Assembly: GCF_000143415.4 (NCBI RefSeq)
Contig: NW_003314263.1
Location: 533,114-597,113 of the forward strand
Length of the DNA: 64,000 nucleotides
Origin: Selaginella moellendorffii
Taxonomy: Eukaryota > Plantae > Lycopodiophyta
Reading direction: 5' to 3'
Positions 36,943 to 48,102 of this stretch are shown piece after piece (the first letter of the stretch is position 1; every line of letters starts with the position of its first letter). The notes under the pieces are model-generated. The model was not told where the DNA came from, made no database searches, and saw only the letters and a list, made by a program, of their open reading frames with translations. A program made the position numbers and the translations under genes.

Positions 36943-37850
36943 GAATGCACCTCGGTATCCAAACCTTCCACCGCAGCAGCACCAACGGGACGTTGCTGAC
37001 GCCAAGGTCTCCACCCAGGAAATGGAGGTCGCCAATCCGGAAAGCGCCAACAACGCCGATAAGTATGACCAACTTCATGACACACCCAGCAACGAACGTC
37101 ACGGCCACGACCACGTGCTCGCCCTTGTCCTTGGACTCAAGTAGCAGCAGCATCAACCTCCATGGGAACAGGACCATCACTCATAGGAAGTGGAGCTGAA
37201 GGACGTGTAGCAAGAAGTGGAAGAGGCGACGTCTCATAACATTGTGCCAAGCGAAGAGCATCGTCAAGAGTGGCAGGAGCAAGTGCATGCACAAGTCCGA
37301 CAAGATCTTGACGAAGTGCTGGCCACAACATTCCTAGCTTGATCCGCTCTAACATATTTGGCTCCGCACGAAGCAAAAGACTTCGGAAACGAACGCCAAA
37401 TTGCATCACCGACTCAGATGGCCCTTGGTGAAGACGATGCAATTGTTGGAAGGCATCATCACAATCGTCGGCGTGTCCGAAGGCGCGTTTGAAGACGTCC
37501 AGAAGAACACTCCAATCGCCACGAGTAGCTGCACTCAATCCATTGTACCACTGCAATGCCGTCCCTTGGAGACATGTGGGGAACTCACGCAAACGTCGAG
37601 CATCATCCCAAGAATGATATGTGGCAATCACCGTGAAGTGATCGAACCAATGGTACACATCATCCCCAGGATTCCCACGAAAGAACTCCGGCCGAACGCG
37701 AGGATTGGCACCAAAAGCAGGAGGAGTTGTACCATGTGCCGTGAACGCCGCCATCAACTGAGTTTGGTTGTTCAATTGCAAGCGCATAGCATCAAGCAAT
37801 TGAACCAACTGCTGCTCTAGAGTCAAAGGAGGAGATTGCGGATCGGCCAT
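36918..37850 (-). CDS. Gag of element A (retrotransposon capsid plus CCHC zinc knuckle), with an in-frame TGA at 37137-37139
   Basis: PEFFRG...W; LQGTALQWY; LHQGPSESVMQF; PVPMEVD. The frame continues past the TGA into CWVCHEVGHTYRRC and ends SGNKESRE*. Confidence 0.9.
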
Positions 37851-38083
37851 GAAAATGAATGAAAAAGAAAGAGCAAAAGAAGAGAAATGACAAAAAGCTG
37901 GAAAGAAATGGTAGATCTAGACAATGCAAAAAGCTAGATCTAAACCAAAATCCTGAAAGGAAAGAACAAAAGAAAGGAAATGGAAAAAGCTAGATCTAGA
38001 CAATGCAAAAGCTAGATCTAAATTGAAATCCCAAATCCAAGCACTCCCCAGGGACAATCAAAGGTGCCCCTCACCTCCACCAA

Positions 38084-38257
38084 TGTGAGTGCATGGAATA
38101 TGGAAAGGGAATATAGAAATGTGCATATCAATTAGCCCAAAAACCCTAGCTTATATACAGGAGCGAGTGGTCTGGATTGAAACCAATCCGACGGCTACCA
38201 AAATCCACTACGCTAATATTAGTATACGGCATCGTAGCCGTACACTTGGCCCTCACA
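38084..38257 (-). repeat. 5' LTR of element A
   Basis: Direct repeat of 33258-33431, adjacent to the PBS. Confidence 0.97.
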
Positions 38258-38269
38258 GTATGATATTTT

Positions 38270-38500
38270 TAAAATTAAAAAACATATTCTAGAATTCTAT
38301 AACTGTATTATTATATTTATAACTCATTATAGACACAGTTCTTTTCAAACATAATTGCAATTGTTAAGCTTAAAGAGGATAAATTTTCAAACATAATTGC
38401 AATTGTTAAGCTTAAAGAGGATAAATTTGTTTAAGCCCTCTAAGTTTAATGAAGAATCTAAGATTTTCAGATTTTTAAGACTTGAGATTTAAAATAAAAG
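38270..38500. repeat. AT-rich repeat, also present at ~40115-40302, with an internal ~42-bp tandem duplication
   Basis: Shared aaaaaacatattctagaattctataactgtattattatatttataactcattata and following sequence; ttcaaacataattgcaattgttaagcttaaagaggataaatt occurs twice. Confidence 0.8.
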
Positions 38501-39164
38501 AACTTTAGAGATGGTTTTAAAAACATATACTTCTAATTATTTTTATTTTATGCAAAATCAACAGTTTTAGTAACCTTTACAATAACTCACTCACAATTAT
38601 TCTAAGTTTGAGCAAGCATTAAAACTCACCCACAGGTCAGGAATTTCAATAAGAGCGTAGGCAAATATCCAGATTGCTTCCATACTGTGAGGTAATAGCA
38701 AGAAATACTTTCACAGATAGTGAGATAATTACTGGGGTATTTTTTCCTCAAGATCAGGATCATGCTGGGTTTAATTTGATGACTTTGGGCTGATACTCTT
38801 AACAGGAGGCTCTCGTATTCGAGATCACAAGTTACTGCAAAAATCAAGCAAAAATCAAAGGCCAATAAAGTGTTCCAAGAATTTCTGGATGAGACGATTG
38901 CCACCAGCAGGGCTTGAGCTTTGCTGTTGGATACGATCACCGTGAAGAATGGGCTAAGCTTCAGGCTCATGGAAGGACCAAAGTCAAATCAATCGATTTT
39001 TTAAAGTTTAAGCCTGTTACCTTCAGCCTTCTCCTCTGCCTTCTCGGAAATTCACGTAGGTGGAGCCACCTTGAACACGCTCTTTATGTTATAAAAAGCG
39101 ACCCTTCATTCGATCAAACCTCATTCCATTCGCATTTCCAATTTTCCTTGTCAATTTTCCAGCC

Positions 39165-39901
39165 ATGGCTTCTCGCGATCAAGAGGTGACACTGCTCAGC
39201 GCTTGGCCCAGCCCCTATTCCATGCGAGTCAAGCTTGCACTAGCGCTCAAAGGCATCGAGCACGAAGATCTCCCCCAAGACCTTGGCAACAAGAGCAAGA
39301 TCCTGCTCGAATCCAACCCAGTTCACAAGAAGATCCCCGTTCTCATCCACAAGGGCAAGCCCATCCTGGAATCGGCCATCATTGTCCACTACATCGACGA
39401 GGTCTGGCCCGAAACAAGCCCACTCTTGCCTCAGGACGCATTCCTTCGCGCACAGCACCGCTTCTGGAGCGATTTCATCGACAAAAAGGTATGGATTCTC
39501 TTACTAGAAATCTGCTGCTACGGGTTTCATACTCTTCTTGCTTATCGATCACACAGCTTTCCGACTCCTGGATACGATTCTTGCGTAGTAACGATGACGC
39601 GGCCGTGAACGAGGAGTTCAACCAAAACTGTTTGCTTATCGAGGGAGCTCTGGCGGAGCTGGGCAGTGAGGAAGAGGGCCCCTTCTTTGGTGGCGCGAGC
39701 ATGTCGTTCTTGGATGTGCTGCTGGCACCCTATGCGGTGTGGATCCCAGGAGTTGAGCAAGTAATGGGCTTGAAGCCCGCGAAATGCCCGCGTTTCCACA
39801 AGCTCTTGGCGGCCGCGGCGGAGCATCCCTCGGCCAAAGTGGCGCTGCCGCAAGTCGAGAAGCTCAAGGAGTTTATTCGCGTTCGCTTTGCGAGCAAGTG
39901 A
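39165..39901 (+). CDS. Glutathione S-transferase, tau class (2 exons)
   Basis: WPSPYSMRV (catalytic Ser), SNPVHKKIPVLIH, ESAIIVHYIDEVW, RFWSDFIDKK; single intron 39489-39556; FFGGASMSFLDV. Confidence 0.95.
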
Positions 39902-40009
39902 GCGATGACTGTTTACAAATCTAATAAATCTTTTGCCCGACTGTCCTGGAAGAAGATTGGAGTCAAGACGTTAGTGTCCTCCTTGCAGATTGTGCTAGTC
40001 CTTGAGTTA

Positions 40010-40098
40010 CAGAATCCCAGTGATCGCCGGAGAAGAGGAGCTGGTCTTGCCTGAGCACGCCAGTGAGCAACGCCAAGACATCCTGGATTTCTTCCACT
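40010..40098 (-). pseudogene. Short stray copy of ATG11 exon 1 sequence
   Basis: agaatcccagtga..tcgccggagaagaggagctggtcttgcctgagcacgcc..gacatcctggatttcttccac matches ~32169-32277 with one internal deletion. Confidence 0.85.
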
Positions 40099-40302
40099 TC
40101 CCCACTTGCCAATTAAATTAAAAAAACATATTCTAGAATTCTATAACTGTATTATTATATTTATAACTCATTATACACACAGTTCCTTTCAAATATAATT
40201 GCAATTGTTAAGCTTAAAGAGGATGAATTTGTTTAAGCCCTCTAAGTTTAATGAGGAATTTAAAATTTTCAGATTTTTAATACTTGAAATTAAAAATAAA
40301 AG

Positions 40303-43300
40303 TGTGAGTGCTTGGATTATAGAAAGGGAATACAGAAAATGTGCATATCAATTAGTCCAAAAACCCTAGTTTATATATAGGAGCAAGTGGTCCGGATTGA
40401 AAACAATCCGACAGCTATTAAAATCCCACTACACTAATATTAATATATAGCATCGTATCTGTACACTTAGCCCTCACATCATCTCCTTTTATTGGAATAA
40501 TGGGTTTTCTTGTAGACGGGCCGGGATCTAGAGGAACATAAGGAGGAGGCATTAACGGATCTGTAGGTGGTATTAATTATTCTTGATCCCTTTGTATGAA
40601 GCATTTCAATTGCTACACATGCACAATCTCTAGAGGATTGGCCTGCTGGACGTCATACCGAACCTCATAAACTTGTGGTCTAACTTGCCACAACACCCGA
40701 TACAGTCCTTTCTATTGCACAAGGAGCCCCTTAGATAAACCACGTACCGTAAGATAGGGAAAATGGACTAACACCAAATCATCCACTTTGTATTTTGCAG
40801 GTGGACGATGATGGGAATTGTAACGTCGTTGTTATCCCACTTGTACGCAGTCTAAATGTTTGGCAGACTCTGCTCGGATAAGTGGAAGAATGCTCCTCAA
40901 ATACTGATCCCACGACCTAGCATCGGTAGCTCGTGGCAATCGCGAAGGTAAATCCAACTCCATTGCTAATATTGGATCATGACTATATAGGAGTTTATAT
41001 AGTGAAGCACCAACAAAACTCTGCACCCCTATGACATATGCATACCGAAGAGACGGCAAATAACCATCTTAATCCAAATGTTGAAAGTTCACATACTTCA
41101 CAATCATCCCTTTGAATGTCCAAACGAGTCGTTTCACCAGATCGTCTGATTGTAGATGATAAACACTCATGAAAGTGATCATTATCAGAAAGAATTTGCT
41201 CTAGACAAGAATGCTGGAACACCACTCGATTAAAGAGGAAGTATCCAACAGTAGTTGTAGAGGCACTAGTAAGAGCACCAACTTCCACTCAACGAGTCAA
41301 GTAGTCAGAAACAATAATAACATATTCATTGCCAGCAGTTGACCATGGAAAAAGTCCCATAAGATCAAACGCCAGCAACTCAAATGGACGGGAAACTGCA
41401 ATTGACTCCAACCATCCTTCTGTAACACAGTATTATGAGCTTAGTACCAAACGCAGTTACGCACATACCGGATAATATCATGTCGCATCTTCGACCAATA
41501 GAAAGACCTGTGGAGCTTCTCGGTTACACGACGATGTCCTATATGCCCACCTAGAATAAGAGAATCATGGTAGGCATGGAGAAACTATGAAATAAAGAAA
41601 GAAGGCACCACCAGCCGTAAATGATCATCAAGATTCGTCCCCACAAAATAAAGAAGGCCATCTTCAAGGTGATATTGACAATGTAAATGCCGGAAAGGCA
41701 AGTCATCAGCAAGTGATACAAGATTCTCAAACCCATCTCGAAGCCTTCGAATCCACAGTTCAATCTTTTGAGCCTCGCGAATCTCATCAAGAGAAGGTAG
41801 ATCTTGCTCTGCACCTTATGGACACTAAACGTCAAGTACATCAACTGCCGATGGCACAGAATCCTCGTCTAAAAAATCCACAAATGCTGGAATAATAGAC
41901 TCGTCAGAAACATGAGAAGACAGTGGAGAAGGAAAAAGAACTTGAGAAAGGGCATCAACATCAGCTATAGAACTCCCTAGGCAATGAACAACATCAAAAT
42001 CATATATCTGAAGCTTTAAAGCCCACCGAGCAGTACGACCAATAATGTTCTTTCGCTTCAATAATGAAGTAATGACAGCATGGTCACCTTCAAATAACGT
42101 TCAAGAACCATGTAGATAAGCTTGAAGTTTCTCGAAACCCTAGACTACTGCTAAACACTCATTCTTTGTCATAAAGTAGTTCACCTTCGCTAGTTGCAAT
42201 GTACGGTTTATATACACAATGGAATGGTGCTGACCAGGCACACTCAGGCTCTCTTGCATCAACACACCTCCAAGACCAATATTGGAAGCATCCACGTGCA
42301 AAATAAAAGGTCGAGTGTAGTCAGGATATGCCAAAACCGGAGGAGTTGTCAATAGCTTTTTGAGATCCATGAACGCTTGCTCACAATCCAAAGACCAAAT
42401 GAAAGATGATGTTGATGACTTTAGTAATACTCACAACGGTGCACTGCGATCAGAAAGATGATCCACAAAACAACCGAGATACTGCACCTTGCCCAAGAAG
42501 CACTGCACATCATTCACACACTTCGGAGTAGGGAACTTTAGAATACCTACAAATTTGTCATTATCAACTTGCAAACCCTCACAAGAAATACAGTACCCAA
42601 AATAAGTTGTGTCCTTGGACCCAAACACACACTTCGACTGCTTTAGCTTTAAACCAACGTCGTGTAGCCGATCCAACACTTTACAAACATCATGAACGTG
42701 CTCCTCCCACGTCCCCTCCGAGTGGATCAAGACATCATCAATGAAGTCAGCAGTCACTTCTGGCATATTGCAAAGAACATCGTCCATCATCTGCTAGAAG
42801 TTGCTGGAGCATTATTCAAACTAAACGGCATCACTAAGAACTCGTATAAATCAAATGGTGTACGAAAAGTAGTCTTAGGAATATCTTCTTCAGCCATCGG
42901 TACTTGCCAGTACCTAGAAGCAAGATTTAGCTTGGTGAACCGACTTCACCCCAGATGATCCAAGAGATCAGCAATGTGAGGAAGAGGGTACACATCTGAG
43001 ATCGTCACCTCGTTTAACGGACGATAGTCGATGCAGAAACAAATACTCCCATCAGGCTTCATCACAAGATGAGGTTCACATGCCTAAGGATTCCATGACT
43101 TCCGAATAACACCTTTCTCTAACATCTCCTTGACGTTTGCACATAAAATCTTGATCTTCTTGGGTGACCAATGACAAATAGGAACCTTGATTGGACGAAC
43201 ATCCCCGGTTGGAATCAAATGATATGTGGCAATCTTGGCCCCAGACGATAGGTCAAATTCAAAGAGATCAGAATACTCCTTCATGAGCCGGTCAACCACT

Positions 43301-43984
43301 ACAACACAAAGATTGTCAGAGGGATCAGAAAAGAGAAGAGTAGAACAAGATAGAAATATAGGAGGAAATAATGGGGGAACAAAAGTAATGGAAGCAAAGG
43401 TAGAAGTAGAGGGACGAAGAGGTATGGAAGTGAGAGAAATGGATGAAACATAAGGAAGTATGAAACAAGGGGAGAAGCCTCAAAGTCACACTTGGCATGA
43501 TTGCACTGTAACCAATCAATACGAAGAATGAGGTCAAAAGCTTGACTTAGCACCACCCGCAATGACTGCAACTCAAGCTCGAGATCACCCACATGCACAA
43601 CTAGGTCCGCCTCATCCTGTGCACATGCATGTGTACGGCTGTTGCCATAAAGAATGAAAACTGGTTCTGCCGACGACGCTAGTGTAGAGGGCAACATGTG
43701 GCAATAAGTCGAGCAATAGAAGATAAACTCAAATCTGTATCAACCAACATGGAGAAAATAATAGGAGACCTTTTGTTATAAAAACAAGCTTGGAAAGTAA
43801 ACACTGGATGAACTGGTGCCAAGTGAACCCCTTAATGATGCTCCCAAAAGAAAGATGAAGGGGTCACTAATTTATTTGTGCAAGGTCCTTCCATTACTTG
43901 CGTGACTCCTCATTTCCCAGATGCATCTCGGTGTCCAAACCTTCCATTGCAACAGCACCAATGGGACGTTGCTGACGCCAAGGT
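40303..43984 (-). mobile_element. Older degenerate copy of family A gypsy element (A2): 3' LTR 40303-40478 plus fragmented pol, interrupted at the end of gag
   Basis: Colinear with 33258-37008; abundant C>T and G>A changes create stops; ends at ...gccaaggt where LTR-B begins. Confidence 0.95.
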
Positions 43985-46900
43985 TGTAAGAGACTAAATT
44001 TTCCATTCTACTTTAGTCATTTAACCACACCTCCAACCACTTGGAGGAGTCTCATTCACAACCTCCATAAGTCCAATTCAGGACTTGGGACTTGCTAGCC
44101 CCGAGAATGGCATCCATGCCATTCAACATTTGTACTTGGTCCCAGTGCTCCACGTGTCCGATCCCATGACCGACACTCAAAGGTGACACCGACATGGCAG
44201 CTTGTTACGCTAAGGCCATGCCCAATCACCTTTGCCACACTGGTGGTCCAATACCACTTGCATCACAGTCTTGGCTATCCAAGACTAGGCAAACCATCTG
44301 TGAGTGGTCATCTCATATCCACTCCTTAACATCCTTAGGATGCCCACCGACAAGGGGAATAGCCTTCTCCAATATCCCTCTGTCAGTCCCCACTAAGTCC
44401 CTTTCTGCCCTTGGCCGTGTTTGCCAACACTGCCACTGGATCAAGGCCCACAGGCCCGACCACTAAGTCCCACGGTCCTCTGAGACTTCCTCACCACACA
44501 ACTGTGTCCTTGGTCACTGCCCCAGAGGACTGCTCCTCTTCCTTTCCACAGTCTGAGCCTTTGGGACAACATTTCGGAACACCGGGGCCTTACGCGAGCC
44601 ACCTGGGTACTCTCCTCACCTTCCGCCCTTGGGTGCTCTAGCCATAGGCTTAGAGCGAGGTTCCATTGAGCCACGCCTGGTATCCAAGTAGGTAGTGCCA
44701 CCCACACTTGGACTGGGAGCATCGGCCAGTCGATCTCCCGGGGGAACTAGAGCCGGCTCTTGAACACTTCACCAAGCTACCCAGCTTGTCGGTCCGTGTT
44801 CACTCTAGTCTTGGACTTCCCAGTGGTCAGCTCATCACCCAACACTGGGTATGGCCTTCCTGGGCCAAACTAGCCTTTCCTGGGCCAAACTGGCTCCACT
44901 GGGCTCCAACCCCCACACTCTCCCTACTATACTTTTGGAACCCCCCACAGCCCCCCCCCAGATGCATCTCGGTGTCCAAACCTTCCATTGCAACAGCACC
45001 AATGGGACGTTGCTGACGCCAAGGTTGTAAGCGACTAAATTTTCCATTCTACTTTAGTCATTTAACCACACCTCCAACCACTTGGAGGAGTCTCATTCAC
45101 AACCTCCATAAGTCCAATTCAGGACTTGGGACTTGCTAGCCCCGAGAATGGCATCCATGCCATTCAACATTTGTACTTGGTCCCAGTGCTCCACGTGTCC
45201 GATCCCATGACCGACACTCAAAGGTGACACCGACATGGCAGCTTGTTACGCTAAGGCCATGCCCAATCACCTTTGCCACACTGGTGGTCCAATACCACTT
45301 GCATCACAGTCTTGGCTATCCAAGACTAGGCAAACCATCTGTGAGTGGTCATCTCATATCCACTCCTTAACATCCTTAGGATGCCCACCGACAAGGGGAA
45401 TAGCCTTCTCCAATATCCCTCTGTCAGTCCCCACTAAGTCCCTTTCTGCCCTTGGCCGTGTTTGCCAACACTGCCACTGGATCAAGGCCCACAGGCCCGA
45501 CCACTAAGTCCCACGGTCCTCTGAGACTTCCTCACCACACAACTGTGTCCTTGGTCACTGCCCCAGAGGACTGCTCCTCTTCCTTTCCACAGTCTGAGCC
45601 TTTGGGACAACATTTCGGAACACCGGGGCCTTACGCGAGCCACCTGGGTACTCTCCTCACCTTCCGCCCTTGGGTGCTCTAGCCATGGGCTTAGAGCGAG
45701 GTTCCATTGAGCCACGCCTGGTATCCAAGTAGGTAGTGCCACCCACACTTGGACTGGGAGCATCGGCCAGTCGATCTCCCGGGGGAACTAGAGCCGGCTC
45801 TTGAACACTTCACCAAGCTACCCAGCTTGTCGGTCCGTGTTCACTCTAGTCTTGGACTTCCCAGTGGTCAGCTCATCACCCAACACTGGGTATGGCCTTC
45901 CTGGGCCAAACTAGCCTTTCCTGGGCCAAACTGGCTCCACTGGGCTCCAAGCCCCACACTCTCCCTACTATACTTTTGGAACCCCCCACAGCCCCCCCCC
46001 AGATGCATCTCGGTGTCCAAACCTTCCATTGCAACAGCACCAATGGGACGTTGCTGACGCCAAGGTTGTAAGCGACTAAATTTTCCATTCTACTTTAGTC
46101 ATTTAACCACACCTCCAACCACTTGGAGGAGTCTCATTCACAACCTCCATAAGTCCAATTCAGGACTTGGGACTTGCTAGCCCCGAGAATGGCATCCATG
46201 CCATTCAACATTTGTACTTGGTCCCAGTGCTCCACGTGTCCGATCCCATGACCGACACTCAAAGGTGACACCGACATGGCAGCTTGTTACGCTAAGGCCA
46301 TGCCCAATCACCTTTGCCACACTGGTGGTCCAATACCACTTGCATCACAGTCTTGGCTATCCAAGACTAGGCAAACCATCTGTGAGTGGTCATCTCATAT
46401 CCACTCCTTAACATCCTTAGGATGCCCACCGACAAGGGGAATAGCCTTCTCCAATATCCCTCTGTCAGTCCCCACTAAGTCCCTTTCTGCCCTTGGCCGT
46501 GTTTGCCAACACTGCCACTGGATCAAGGCCCACAGGCCCGACCACTAAGTCCCACGGTCCTCTGAGACTTCCTCACCACACAACTGTGTCCTTGGTCACT
46601 GCCCCAGAGGACTGCTCCTCTTCCTTTCCACAGTCTGAGCCTTTGGGACAACATTTCGGAACACCGGGGCCTTACGCGAGCCACCTGGGTACTCTCCTCA
46701 CCTTCCGCCCTTGGGTGCTCTAGCCATGGGCTTAGAGCGAGGTTCCATTGAGCCACGCCTGGTATCCAAGTAGGTAGTGCCACCCACACTTGGACTGGGA
46801 GCATCGGCCAGTCGATCTCCCGGGGGAACTAGAGCCGGCTCTTGAACACTTCACCAAGCTACCCAGCTTGTCGGTCCGTGTTCACTCTAGTCTTGGACTT

Positions 46901-47038
46901 CCCAGTGGTCAGCTCATCACCCAACACTGGGTATGGCCTTCCTGGGCCAAACTAGCCTTTCCTGGGCCAAACTGGCTCCACTGGGCTCCAACCCCCACAC
47001 TCTCCCTACTATACTTTTGGAACCCCCCACAGCCCCCC
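43916..47038. repeat. Tandem triplication, period 1041 bp, spanning the A2/LTR-B junction
   Basis: Identical ORFs recur at 44194, 45235 and 46276. Each unit is ~69 bp of A2 plus ~970 bp of LTR-B, with only a few substitutions between units. Confidence 0.95.
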
Positions 47039-47867
47039 CCCCCCCCCCCCCCCCTGGGGGACGATCGCTTTGGGCTTTCACCCAACTACCTGTATTAGTA
47101 TTCGGACTCGGACTCGGACTCAGTCCCGGTCCCGGTTTTGGACTCGGTCTCGGTCTCGGTCTCGGCTTCGGCCTCGGTCTCGGTCTCGGTCTCGGTCTCG
47201 GGTCCATCTCGGACTCCATCTTGGACTCCATCTCGGACTCCATCTCGGGTCCATCTCAGACTCCATCTCGGGTCCATCTCGGACTCCATCTCGGACTCCA
47301 TCTCGGGTCCATCTCGGACTCCATCTCGGACTCCATCTCGGACTCCATCTCGGGTCCATCTCGGACTCCATCTCGGACTCCATCTCGGGTCCATCTCGGA
47401 CTCCATCTCGGGTCCATCTCGGACTCCATCTCGGGTCCATCCCGGACTCCAACTCGGACTCCACTTCGGACTCCAACTCGGACTCCACTTCGGACTCCAA
47501 CTTGGACTCCACTTCGGACTCCAACTCGGACTCCACTTCGGACTCCAACTCGAACTCCACCTCGGACTCCACCTCGGGTCCTTCTCGGACTCCAGTTCGG
47601 ACTCCAACTCGGGTCCATCTCAGGTCCATCTCGGACACTTCCACGTGTCATGTGTTGGTCCTTTTGGGTCCCTTTTTGGAGCCGCGCTTATTGCTCGCTT
47701 CGTGCTCATTCCTCGAGCACTTCGTTAGGAGTTCCACTCCCGCTCTCGACCTTTCAAGTCAGAGCTTTTGGCCCAAACGTGTTACACTTGTTTGGCTTTC
47801 GCTTTGGCCACTACCACGTGGCACCCTTCCGGCTCCACTTTGGGGCCTAGGGATTTTGTGTCTCACA
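43985..47867 (-). mobile_element. 3' LTR of LTR family B (expanded by the triplication); internal sequence continues at 47868-48808 and after 57686
   Basis: Reverse complement of 52864-54700; TG..CA ends; PPT-like GGGTGGTGGAGT adjacent on the internal side. Confidence 0.85.
47100..47640. repeat. Compound 6/11/12-bp minisatellite inside LTR-B
   Basis: (ggactc)n, (ggtctc)n, then mixed ggactccatctc and gggtccatctc units. Confidence 0.95.
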
Positions 47868-47974
47868 ACTCCACCACCCATAGACGAAGTTCGATGTCCT
47901 CATCGAACGGTAAACCATTTTATAAAGTAACACCCGCATGTGTTACCATTTCCATCCTTGGCACCTAGCCAATA

Positions 47975-48102
47975 TTTGTCAATGGTTTGACATTGAAGGC
48001 TCACCATGCCTTCTCCATATTCGTCAATAGTTTGACATTGAAGGCTCACCATGCCTTTTGCATATTCCTCAATGGTTTGACACCAAAGGCTCACCATGCC
48101 TT
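47975..48102. repeat. Three 45-bp tandem repeats in the 3' region of element B
   Basis: gtttgacattgaaggctcaccatgcctt recurs at 45-bp spacing. Confidence 0.8.

Larger units (their letters stand above)
33258..38257 (-). mobile_element. Full-length 5.0-kb Ty3/gypsy LTR retrotransposon (family A), no chromodomain
   Basis: 174-bp LTRs at 33258-33431 and 38084-38257 (TG..CA, 2 mismatches); 4-bp TSD GTAT; PBS TGGTGGAGGTGAGGGG next to the 5' LTR; PPT GAGAGGAGGGGATGA; order gag, PR-RT-RH-INT. Confidence 0.97.

Noticed and set aside
33733-37053. Pol starting at the listed ORF start 37053
   Set aside because: That start is a non-ATG codon overlapping gag; the -1 frameshift at 36942-36936 explains pol expression better.
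44194-46804. Three identical sets of 70-100-aa ORFs suggesting a tandem gene family
   Set aside because: Products of the 1041-bp triplication of non-coding LTR sequence.
46917-47930. Long RS-, ES- and SD-rich ORFs (up to 305 aa) resembling SR proteins or adhesins
   Set aside because: They are translations of the LTR-B minisatellite, open in nearly all six frames, with no domain content.
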